DNA of 64,000 nucleotides from a virus: IMG/VR virus record IMGVR_UViG_3300033145_001595, positions 38,929 to 102,928 of that record; one strand, 5' to 3'. Shown piece by piece: positions 39,593 to 48,942 of this stretch (position 1 is its first letter; each line of letters starts with the position of its first letter). The notes under the pieces were generated by a model. It saw only the letters and a program-made list of their open reading frames with translations, ran no database searches and was not told where the DNA came from. The position numbers and the translations under genes were made by a program.

Positions 39593-41388
39593 AAGGCAGA
39601 CCCCTTTATTTCAATTATTGTATTCTCTACACTTTTACCAAAAATCATACACTGAATTAAAATATCTATTCTTCTTTTTATTTCATCTATAAACTCTAAC
39701 ACATTAACACCATCATATGCAATCAAAGTCTCTTTTACACTCTCCCAATTATTGCTCAAAGCCACAACAGCATTTACCTCACTCTGTGTCCAACGACTTT
39801 TTTTCAATTGACTAACTAATAACTTTGGCAAAGTTGAATAGTTAATTATAGACTTACTTTTTGTAATAGGTTTATCAACAGTAAAATTATTTACACCCCA
39901 AAAATTACCCCCGCTATCTACTTCCATAGTCGCAAAAAACTTACTATCCATCTTATCAAGCAAGAAATACAATATTATTAATTGTTTTAACTGAGCAAGT
40001 CGTCTTTCCCTTACTATATCCTTATTTTTATAAAAATAATCTACAGCAGATTTTACAGAAGGAATAAGCCTTGAAAACACTTTACCATCTTCCCTTTTTA
40101 CCGTTTGTGGCACCCTACCAAACCCCATAGCTTGACTCAACACATATGCACTCGTAATTCTATTATCATCGTTAGAAATAAGAAAACCCTTAACATCGCC
40201 AGTTGAATAATCTATACCATCCCTATAAGGATCAGTATTTTTAGAATTCAAAGGCATTAAATAAAAGTATTCAAGAGAATCCTTAGAATACTTAGTGTAA
40301 TCATTTCCAAAAGCTAAATCCAATTCCGGCAACACCCCCAATAACGCAAGCCCTACCAATGGCAATGTAACATCCGCCGGTTCACTAGGTTCTTCAAGAA
40401 TACGTCCTACATCTTCCATACTTCCAACAACAGGCGTCCAAGTGCACATGCCATTACAGTGAAGAGGTATCATACCCTCAGCAGTTTCAACTGACATAAT
40501 TGTGCCATTTACTTCAAGGCATATATCACATGCATTAGGACCAGCCGTAAACACAACCTTATCTATGTTAGACTGTCTATAGGTCAACAATGCCCCATCA
40601 TTAATAGCTGTAGCTGCTTCTGTACGTGCTATAGAGTAATTCCTATAATTCTGTGCTGTTACATAACTATTTATTGCTTCCCGCTGCGCCAAAGCAAAAT
40701 CCATTTTCTTAACATTCACATTTTTTATAAAAGCAAGATTTATCTTGTTTGCACTCTTCTCTAAAGCGGTCAAGCCATAAGATAAATTTCTAAGCATGTA
40801 CGCCGGAGCAATGTTATTTGCAAACGCCAAAGAAATGGTATTCTCTATGTTTGCAAAAGCCGAATCCATAATACTCTGTGCCAACATACTACCTCTAGTT
40901 TTGGCAACAATACGAATAGTTGATTCAAGCGCCCTCATAGCATCTGGTAATCCTGCAAGTCTTTGAACAGCTTTTATACTATTTCTGTACAGAGCAATCT
41001 CAGCTTCTATTAGTTCAGTAGAACCTCTTGCAAAAATTTGCCCAAATGATAAATTATTGATAATACCAGTACCAATAACTGATTTTTTTAACTGTTTAGG
41101 TATTTTATAAGGTAAACCTTCAGCATAACCTAACCTTCGTAAAACCATAAAAAAATCATTACACGTTTCTACTGCCACATGAGTAGTCGCTTTTTGAAAT
41201 CTTCCTGCCTCTCGCTTACACACCTTCTGAATACGAAATTGAAAAGCCCTAGGAGTATCCATAATCTGTTCTATATTTACTTCTATTTCAAGTGGATCAT
41301 CAATAAACCTTGCCTTCATTAACTCTAATGAAGCACAACATTCTTGCAAAACTTTGATATTATCTTTTGTAGCCTCAAAATTATCCAC
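39577..41388 (-). CDS. MuF/SPP1 gp7-like minor head protein with C-terminal extension
   Basis: IARTEAATAIN, CDIC, PLHCNGMC. Follows the portal gene. Confidence 0.8.
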   Translation of the reverse strand: MDNFEATKDNIKVLQECCASLELMKARFIDDPLEIEVNIEQIMDTPRAFQFRIQKVCKREAGRFQKATTHVAVETCNDFFMVLRRLGYAEGLPYKIPKQLKKSVIGTGIINNLSFGQIFARGSTELIEAEIALYRNSIKAVQRLAGLPDAMRALESTIRIVAKTRGSMLAQSIMDSAFANIENTISLAFANNIAPAYMLRNLSYGLTALEKSANKINLAFIKNVNVKKMDFALAQREAINSYVTAQNYRNYSIARTEAATAINDGALLTYRQSNIDKVVFTAGPNACDICLEVNGTIMSVETAEGMIPLHCNGMCTWTPVVGSMEDVGRILEEPSEPADVTLPLVGLALLGVLPELDLAFGNDYTKYSKDSLEYFYLMPLNSKNTDPYRDGIDYSTGDVKGFLISNDDNRITSAYVLSQAMGFGRVPQTVKREDGKVFSRLIPSVKSAVDYFYKNKDIVRERRLAQLKQLIILYFLLDKMDSKFFATMEVDSGGNFWGVNNFTVDKPITKSKSIINYSTLPKLLVSQLKKSRWTQSEVNAVVALSNNWESVKETLIAYDGVNVLEFIDEIKRRIDILIQCMIFGKSVENTIIEIKGSALWPKI

Positions 41389-42832
41389 CTAACATTTCTC
41401 CATTTTCATCCAATACCCCAACAACAGATTTATTAGCTGCTTCAGAAGCAACTAAAGCCTTTTGTACCTTAGCCTTTAACTTTTCCATTTCCTCATTCAT
41501 ATCCTCACGCATCAATGCCGAATCATCGGGATCAGCCGGGAAGCCGCCAGCCCCGATTTTCTGGTAAACAGAATTGATATAATGCTCATCACCATCTTCA
41601 AATACCTCTCCAACCTTAAGCATAGTTATGAGAGCATTAGGAGAAAATAAACCCATAGAGAACAATTTCAAAAGCCTTGATGCTTCCTCACTCTTGTCAA
41701 CTGTCATAAAGGCAGACAAATCAAATGTAAATGTGTAAGGCTTATTAAAAGCTCTACGCAAAAATTTTGTTATCTTGCTAGCAATTTTCAATCCTTTAGG
41801 TTGGATAGTGTCACGATAAAAAGCTGCTTCCTGCAACTGGTAATTATCATACTTTGCCTTGTCCAACAACCCAACTTTTACCGGGGGGACGCCAAACACG
41901 GATAAAATCTCTTCCCTGTTGTACATTCGCTGGTTAAGAAACTGCATATCCCTAGCATTAACACCAATGGTATGAAACATAAGCCCCTTTGGCATAACAG
42001 GAATTTTATACTTATTATTAGAACCAGAAAGGTTTTTACGCCAGTCATTTCCAATTTTTTTAGCTTGTTCAGGTGTTATCACTTGGTCAGTAGCAAGATA
42101 CCCTTGAGGTGTTGCATCCCTCTGGAAAAATCCCTGGTTATACTCAATAGTATACAACTCACTCTGAACACTCATTGCCGCTGCACTCAAAGGAGAAAGA
42201 CCATACCAATCATCCATTGGGTTAAAATATAAAAAATGAACAATTTGCCAAGGATCAAACTTTATTATATTTTTTGAATATGGAGATAACTTCCATACAT
42301 ATTGCTCTACACCCTTACCATCTTTTCTTGGTCGAATAGTTACTCTACTAGGACGAAGTGCAAAAAGTTGTTTCGGCTTACCGGCTGGATTACCAGTAGC
42401 TTTTGAAATCTGTTCTGAAATCTTTGGTCTAACTATTTCCCAATAGCAATCCCCGGCTAATTCCAAATACGTAACAGTAGCCTCAATTAAATCAAACCAT
42501 GTCATTTCATCATTTGGATCATTAAATAACTTTACAACTTCGTGTTCCTCATTAAGTTTTTTACCCTTACCTACTTCACCATCCCATATCTCCCAAGGCA
42601 CAACAGCCAAACCAGACGCTACAGCGAACACAGAAGCATACACCCAAGCTAGACTTTGATAAAGACCACAATATTCATTATAGCCCTCTGGTAGAGAAAC
42701 TTCATTTCTACCAAACAACTGTGCAGCTACAATTGTAGGGCCTACTGTTTCGGAGTATGCTTTTTCTACTTCTATATTATTCGCTTTTTCTCCGCGCCTA
42801 ACTACTCCCGCTTTCACAAGCTGTTTTGCCAT
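41381..42832 (-). CDS. Portal protein (HK97 family)
   Basis: WVYASV, PN..MT, LELAGDCYW, LRPSRV, YGLSPL, DMQFL, ILSVFGVPP. Confidence 0.92.
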   Translation of the reverse strand: MAKQLVKAGVVRRGEKANNIEVEKAYSETVGPTIVAAQLFGRNEVSLPEGYNEYCGLYQSLAWVYASVFAVASGLAVVPWEIWDGEVGKGKKLNEEHEVVKLFNDPNDEMTWFDLIEATVTYLELAGDCYWEIVRPKISEQISKATGNPAGKPKQLFALRPSRVTIRPRKDGKGVEQYVWKLSPYSKNIIKFDPWQIVHFLYFNPMDDWYGLSPLSAAAMSVQSELYTIEYNQGFFQRDATPQGYLATDQVITPEQAKKIGNDWRKNLSGSNNKYKIPVMPKGLMFHTIGVNARDMQFLNQRMYNREEILSVFGVPPVKVGLLDKAKYDNYQLQEAAFYRDTIQPKGLKIASKITKFLRRAFNKPYTFTFDLSAFMTVDKSEEASRLLKLFSMGLFSPNALITMLKVGEVFEDGDEHYINSVYQKIGAGGFPADPDDSALMREDMNEEMEKLKAKVQKALVASEAANKSVVGVLDENGEMLGG

Positions 42833-43634
42833 AGTCACCATCCTCGTCTAACAGTTCATCCTCAAAAATATCTTCATAGTCATCATCAATATCATTATTT
42901 GAGCCACCTTCTTTTATATCAATTTCACTAAATCGCTTATAGTAATCATCTTCCTTATCTTGATCAAAATAAGAATCCTTCTTATTAGCAATAAGACCAC
43001 CTTTCGCTAATATAGATTTTTCCCTAAAATCATTCCATACATCTCCTTTTACGCCATACATTATCATAAGTTCTTTTCTGAACTCATAAGGTACATATTC
43101 ACCTTGTTCCCATCCTAACACAACCTCTACTGGAATACCTAATCTTTTTGCAACATTATCCACACTGTACTTACAAGAAATACGCCTATGCCGCAAAAAC
43201 TCAATAAGTGTAGGATCATAAACAATATCATTCAAAGTACTAGCTAACTTTTTCTTTATGTAATCTACAATTACATGCTTACCACTTAATGCTTTTTTAG
43301 CTGTAACAAGAGCAATACTAGCCCGCTTTGCCAACAATTCAGGAGTAATACCCCATGCTGTACAAAACTTCCGTAAAGACTTAGAACCAATATCCGATAT
43401 AATAATATCAGCAATTTCCACCGGACCCACAGACAGAGTACACCTGCCATTAAACACCCTTGCTAACTTATCCTCAATTTCATCCATATCTGAACTAGAT
43501 ATACCTTTAATTTTTAATACACCTTCCAACTCCCAACCCATATTATTATCTGAACTTAGTTCCAACACCAAAACATTTTGAGTAACACCACTCGTTCTAG
43601 ACACTACAGAAACAGCAGCTTCGGTTAGTAACAT
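42798..43634 (-). CDS. Hypothetical protein with XRE-like HTH segments
   Basis: LRHRR...SVDNVAKRLGIPVEVVLGWEQG. Acidic C-terminus. Confidence 0.6.
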   Translation of the reverse strand: MLLTEAAVSVVSRTSGVTQNVLVLELSSDNNMGWELEGVLKIKGISSSDMDEIEDKLARVFNGRCTLSVGPVEIADIIISDIGSKSLRKFCTAWGITPELLAKRASIALVTAKKALSGKHVIVDYIKKKLASTLNDIVYDPTLIEFLRHRRISCKYSVDNVAKRLGIPVEVVLGWEQGEYVPYEFRKELMIMYGVKGDVWNDFREKSILAKGGLIANKKDSYFDQDKEDDYYKRFSEIDIKEGGSNNDIDDDYEDIFEDELLDEDGDYGKTACESGSS

Positions 43635-43636
43635 AA

Positions 43637-44614
43637 TTACCCTTTCTTTGTAGTAAGGTTTACCTTATTTATTACATCTTGAAGCCCTTCGCGCAATCCA
43701 AACATATTATAATCTTGCCCTAATACCTTAAACATTTCAGTATTATCTAATGCTCCAAAACCCTCACTATCTATTTTTACAGAGGATATAGGATTATTAA
43801 CATTAACATTTATCTTATTACCCAACAAATCATTCATTAATTCAACAACATAATCATAACTTACTGCTACACCACTACTAACATTAATTACTTTACCAAC
43901 AACATCCATATTACTAGATGCTTTTATTGCTACATTAACAGCATCTCTAACATGAATAAAATCATGCATCTTCTCATTAGAATTAGCTGGGAGGGCACAT
44001 GGTCGACCCGCTATTGCAGCTTCTATAATTCTAGGCATAACTCGAACATTATTACTAAACCTTGTATGTCCATATATGCAACTAAATCTAAGAATTACAA
44101 CTGACATATCATCTTCTGCAAATTGTTTATGCCAAGCCAAACAATACTGTTCAGCAGCTAACTTACTAATACCTATTGGTGTATTAGGACGAACAACATC
44201 AACACTTCGTGGAAAACCTTTAGAAGTTCCCTCGGCTCCATAAGTACCATAGATAGAATGGCACGAACCCAAAACAATTTTTTTAACACGTTTAACATTA
44301 CAAGCATTTAATATACTTTGTGTGCCAATAATATTGGTAGATGAAACATTTTCTGGTGCTTCCCAAGACCTATTTAAATTAGTTTCAGCAGCAAAATGAA
44401 AAACAACACTTACATCTTCCATTGCCGCTAAAACATCCTCATACCTACATACATCACCCATTTTTATTTCTGCATAGCCCCTAACACTAGCTAGATTATC
44501 CATATTACCAGATATAAAATTATCAAGTATCCTTACCTTATAACCATCATTTACTAGCTTAGAGGCTACAGCCGAACCAAGAACTCCGGCACCACCAGTA
44601 ATTAAAATGGGCAT
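43637..44614 (-). CDS. NAD-dependent epimerase/dehydratase (extended SDR)
   Basis: ILITGGAGVLGS, LDNF, VFHFAA, LRFSCIYG, DFIHVRD. YxxxK is changed to IGISK. Confidence 0.88.
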   Translation of the reverse strand: MPILITGGAGVLGSAVASKLVNDGYKVRILDNFISGNMDNLASVRGYAEIKMGDVCRYEDVLAAMEDVSVVFHFAAETNLNRSWEAPENVSSTNIIGTQSILNACNVKRVKKIVLGSCHSIYGTYGAEGTSKGFPRSVDVVRPNTPIGISKLAAEQYCLAWHKQFAEDDMSVVILRFSCIYGHTRFSNNVRVMPRIIEAAIAGRPCALPANSNEKMHDFIHVRDAVNVAIKASSNMDVVGKVINVSSGVAVSYDYVVELMNDLLGNKINVNVNNPISSVKIDSEGFGALDNTEMFKVLGQDYNMFGLREGLQDVINKVNLTTKKG

Positions 44615-45486
44615 TACTTTAACCTTTCCTCTTTTTTTATACTAGTTACAACCGCCCTAACAATATCTTCATTCTTACCAGACTGCTTTTCTATCTCGTC
44701 TCTAACAGCCTTACCCTTATTCGGGGACAACTGTACCCCTCTAACTATAGTGCTGAGAGCTACCTTTTGAGCAGCAGTTTTCCTTGATTTCAACAGAATT
44801 ACCACTAATACAACAATACTAAATATTACAATCAAAGCTAATGGTAGCCAAGGATAAAGCTCCATAGCTCTTGCAGCAAAAATAAGAGCAAAACCACCTA
44901 TAGATACAACAATACCAATTTTTTTATTATACGGTATAAACATTGCTAATACTAAACCACCAATTACAGCTAAACTACCTATAGCAAACACAATAACCAT
45001 GCCCATACTAGCTTTTCCTTCTGTTTTGGTAGTAACATTACTAGCTTTTGCTAATAAACCAGAAGGCAAAGAAACAACACCGGGTATTAACCCAAGTTCC
45101 TCTGATAGGGCATCATCATCCCCACTTATGTCTGTGGACGTTTCAGCAGATTCCGTTACCGTATCCTCACCACCAACAGTAGTAGTTACAGTTTTGGTTT
45201 CTACTATCAATTTAAGACCAAAAGGTACAAGCTCTTTTAGAGAAGCAATAACTACATCACCAAGACTATTTACATATTCACTTTCCTCAATATCTGACGG
45301 CACAGACCACACACGAACTATCTCTTCTTCCGTAATTGCAGAAGGAATAGATACCTGTTTATGAGCTACCCCGGATTTGGATTGAATTCTTGTAACAATA
45401 GGAAAAAGACCACTACACCCAACAAAGGAAAAAACAATTACCAAAATAGAAACTATTACCACAATCTTACTAACTATTGGTTTCAT
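44614..45486 (-). CDS. Membrane lipoprotein with C-terminal TM helices
   Basis: Signal peptide with lipobox-like FVGC and three hydrophobic segments near the C-terminus. Confidence 0.6.
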   Translation of the reverse strand: MKPIVSKIVVIVSILVIVFSFVGCSGLFPIVTRIQSKSGVAHKQVSIPSAITEEEIVRVWSVPSDIEESEYVNSLGDVVIASLKELVPFGLKLIVETKTVTTTVGGEDTVTESAETSTDISGDDDALSEELGLIPGVVSLPSGLLAKASNVTTKTEGKASMGMVIVFAIGSLAVIGGLVLAMFIPYNKKIGIVVSIGGFALIFAARAMELYPWLPLALIVIFSIVVLVVILLKSRKTAAQKVALSTIVRGVQLSPNKGKAVRDEIEKQSGKNEDIVRAVVTSIKKEERLK

Positions 45487-45790
45487 TAGCTGCCTCTTCC
45501 CTAGCTATTTGTTCTCTTGCCATAATAACCATTTGCCTATCCATATGTTCCGCCCGTCGCTTATTCCTTTTAAATTCTTTTTTTATCTGTCGATAACTCT
45601 TAATAGATGCTTCTTGCTTAACCTTTCTGAATAATTTAGCTGCATCATGCTTATGTTTTGCTCCACCAACTAAATCATTTCTACACTCTCGACAAACAAA
45701 AACAGAACTACCATCAGGAAAAACTTGCTTATACGCAACACCACTAATTACTTCCTCACAAGAATTACAAATAATCGCTTCATTACTCAT
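45470..45790 (-). CDS. Small zinc-finger protein
   Basis: MSNEAIICNSC...VCREC. Start coupled to the upstream stop. Confidence 0.55.
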   Translation of the reverse strand: MSNEAIICNSCEEVISGVAYKQVFPDGSSVFVCRECRNDLVGGAKHKHDAAKLFRKVKQEASIKSYRQIKKEFKRNKRRAEHMDRQMVIMAREQIAREEAANETNS

Positions 45791-46185
45791 TATCCTTCTC
45801 CTACAGGGGATTGAACCTCTGCCCTTCCAGTAGCATAGTAACCGTAAATAACTCCATTTGTGCTTTTTACTTGCACCCAATACCTAGCGTTTGTAGTTGT
45901 TGTTATTGTAGCTGTTTGTGCAGATGTGGCGTAAAACAAAAGAGTTGCCACATTTCCAGAAACAGTAACAGATGTTGCCGTTAACGTCAAGTCCGGCGTA
46001 CCTCCATACTGACTTCTAGATATGAGCAATTCCCATGTCCATGCATCCGCACCAACTGGAAAATCCAAATCTACCCCCGACTGTTTACGTATTAAAATGA
46101 CCCTAACTGCCCCACCTGCGGGGGGCCAACGTCCATTCCGTTTAATAGGTCCAGTACATTTTGTATAATCAAGCTCAACTACCAT
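45790..46185 (-). CDS. Putative virion structural protein
   Basis: Beta-rich and Thr-rich, in the structural operon. Confidence 0.55.
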   Translation of the reverse strand: MVVELDYTKCTGPIKRNGRWPPAGGAVRVILIRKQSGVDLDFPVGADAWTWELLISRSQYGGTPDLTLTATSVTVSGNVATLLFYATSAQTATITTTTNARYWVQVKSTNGVIYGYYATGRAEVQSPVGEG

Positions 46186-48017
46186 TTATCTTACCTCCCC
46201 TTCAATCTCTGGTGCTGAAATAATAACTTCAATTTCTGGTGCATCTACATTATCCTCAATTCCCGGTCCTACTACAACATACATATAACATGGAACTACT
46301 AACGCTGGTTCCGGGGACGATGATGTGGTGCTAGAACTACTACTGCTTGATGAACTTGTAGGTGAACTACTTGAGCTAGATGAACTACTAGAACTACTGC
46401 TGCTTGTAGGTGAACTAGATGAACTACTACTACTTGATGAACTTGTAGGCGAACTACTCGAACTGGATGAACTACTACTACTTGTAGGTGAACTAGATGA
46501 ACTACTACTACTTGATGAACTTGTAGGCGAACTACTCGAACTAGATGAACTACTACTACTTGATGAACTTGTAGGCGAACTACTTGAACTGGACGAACTA
46601 CTACTACTACTTGTGGGTGAACTAGACGAACTTGAACTACTACTACTACTTGTGGGTGAACTAGACGAACTTGAACTACTACTACTACTTGTGGGTGAAA
46701 ACTAGACGAACTTGAACTACTACTACTACTTGTGGGTGAACTACTTGAACTGGACGAACTACTTGAACTACTTGAACTGGACGAACTAGATGAACTAGTA
46801 GTAGGGGAACTAGACAACCAACCACTAACTCGTGACCCATCTTGTATCCAAATTTCACCCTCTGCAACTATTTCATCTACAGCTAAATCATCTATAGCTT
46901 GAACAATAAAAACCTTAGACGGCGTTGAATTATACAATCTACCTAAATCAAGTTCAGCAACATAAAGACTTACATCATCATCACCCATGTCTGTATTTTC
47001 AACTGCTTCTAACTTTGGATCGACACAGGAACCTAAATCTACTTCCCACGTATCATCATCAAAATCAAAAACCTTATCATTAGACGGATCAAGGAACCTA
47101 AAATATACAGTTTTTCCAACCGTATACTCAGTAAAAAAATATTCCAAATCACCAATTAATGGAGTAGGCGTAGTACTACTTGAACTAGACGAACTACTAC
47201 TACTACTCGTGGGTGAACTGCTCGTGCTACTGGAACTACTGGACGAGCTACTTGTACTTGTAGTGCTACTTGTGCTGGACGAACTACTTGTAGTGCTACT
47301 TGTGCTGGACGAACTACTTGTAGAACTACTTGTGCTGGACGAACTACTTGTAGAACTACTTGTGCTGGACGAACTACTTGTAGAACTACTTGTGCTGGAC
47401 GAACTACTACTAGTTGTTGTAGTACCACCGCCTTCGTTCAGGTCCAGGTTGGCAACGTCCATGTCGCCTTTGCGCGTAGAGTATTGTTTGCCGTACGCAT
47501 TGCAGGCGTACCGATAGCGGTAGCTGGATGGCGTGCTGCAATCAGTTACGCTCAGGTCGCCACCAGATATCAGGCTCGTACGAGCGGCATTGTCGTATAC
47601 GTCGATTTCGCAGTTAGTACCGTCCCACGTAAACGTAGTGTAGTACCACGTGTCGCTTGCTGCCCCTATGCTGACACTATCGGAAAGGCCATCCTCATTG
47701 TTGAATGCTCGGATGTAGACAATGAATCCGGCGCCGTAGTAGACGTCACCACCCATTGCCTGATCGTCGTTCACGTTCCAATTATCAAACGTATCGTGGG
47801 TGTTGCTGACACCAATAAACACGTGCCCAAAATACGCATTGGTCTGGGCGGTGGCCCTTACGTTCACATCCCAATCGATGCCTGATGAGATATTGCCTGC
47901 GCCCTTATCCTCATAGACATAGTTCGCAGTCGCGCCGTCCGTCAACTCTATGAGGTTGGCACCCACGCTTATTTGCGTGCCGGATTTCGACCACGTTGTC
48001 CAATCTACGTATGCCAT
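46186..48017 (-). CDS. Multidomain Ser/Thr-rich (mucin-like) virion protein, frameshifted by a 2-nt insertion near 46700
   Basis: Beta-rich N-domain, S/T tract, a domain paralogous to 48517-48852, then a second S/T tract. Removing the extra AA gives 609 aa ending at TAA 46186-46188, abutting the next ATG. Confidence 0.72.
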
Positions 48018-48539
48018 CTATCGCCTCAACTCCTCGACCACCTTCTCGATGAACACCACGTCCAGATCAATCGTCGCAAGCTTCGCCACGTCCGCTGTGG
48101 CGTCTGCCCGTGTTACGTGCTCCACCTGCACGATGTAATCCCCATCGAGCAACTTGACATCTACCTCTTTCAACGACGAGGACAAGTTGGCCACTGTGGC
48201 CATATCCTTCAGTGTGTCTACCTTGAGCAAGTTCCTTAATAGCGCCTTATACGTGTGCTTCCGTGGACGCCAGACTGCTTCTCTCCATGCCCGAAACGCC
48301 GCAAGGGGAGCGGGAATGTTCTTCTTGCTCTCTATCGCTTCGGCAAAAGCCTTCTCGCCAACCAGCGCGATGCTGGCCAGCCTAGCCACTTGCCCGCGCG
48401 AGTTATGCTCCTGACGGCACTTCTCTCGCACGGCCTGAATGTAGCGCAGGCACTCCTCCGGCGTCCCGTCCGGCACGGTCAGTTCATGCGTCAGTGCCAT
48501 CATTTTTACATACCCCCTATTTATTAATTCGTAACCCAC
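48018..48539 (-). CDS. Hypothetical protein (GC-rich block)
   Basis: ORF abutting the next gene. Likely start at MMALTH near 48504. Confidence 0.55.
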   Translation of the reverse strand: MGYELINRGYVKMMALTHELTVPDGTPEECLRYIQAVREKCRQEHNSRGQVARLASIALVGEKAFAEAIESKKNIPAPLAAFRAWREAVWRPRKHTYKALLRNLLKVDTLKDMATVANLSSSLKEVDVKLLDGDYIVQVEHVTRADATADVAKLATIDLDVVFIEKVVEELRR

Positions 48540-48852
48540 TAGCTATAACTAACTCTATTTCACTTATAACTTCATCTGTGCCCAAATCATCCACAGCTTG
48601 ACAAACAATAGATTTAGCCGGAGCTAGGTTATAAAACGTTGCCAACTCAAAACTACCAATATACAAACTCTCATCCGCATCCCCCATATCTGTATTCTCT
48701 ACAGTAGTTAATTTAGGGTCTGTACATGCAACCAAGTTTACTTCCCAAGTATCATCATCAAAATCAAAAACCTTATCATTTGATGGGTCAAAAAATCTGA
48801 AATAGACGGTTCTACTCGCAGTAAACCCAACAGTGAAGAACTCTACAGCCAT
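48517..48852 (-). CDS. Putative structural protein, stand-alone copy of the FRFxDPSNDKVFDFDDDTWE domain
   Basis: AGGAG RBS. Strongly similar to the middle domain of 46186-48017. Confidence 0.65.
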   Translation of the reverse strand: MAVEFFTVGFTASRTVYFRFFDPSNDKVFDFDDDTWEVNLVACTDPKLTTVENTDMGDADESLYIGSFELATFYNLAPAKSIVCQAVDDLGTDEVISEIELVIASGLRINK

Positions 48853-48904
48853 ATACTCTCCTTATGCAGCATCAAAAAGTCCAAGATTATTAGCCCAATT
48901 GTTA

Positions 48905-48938
48905 TTGACTTGACCGTCAATATGTGCTACACTATACT
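48905..48938 (+). promoter_or_regulatory. Overlapping sigma70-like promoters for the HNH gene
   Basis: TTGACT-N17-TACACT and TTGACC-N17-TATACT just upstream of the ATG at 48943. Confidence 0.55.
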
Positions 48939-48942
48939 TACT

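Noticed and set aside
28955-47517. + strand ELLLLDELV-type ORFs (28955-29350, 30239-30682, 46325-46705, 46987-47517) and V/R/L-rich alternative-frame ORFs
   Set aside because: These are antisense or shifted-frame shadows of the poly-Ser/Thr codon repeats, with no RBS or operon logic.
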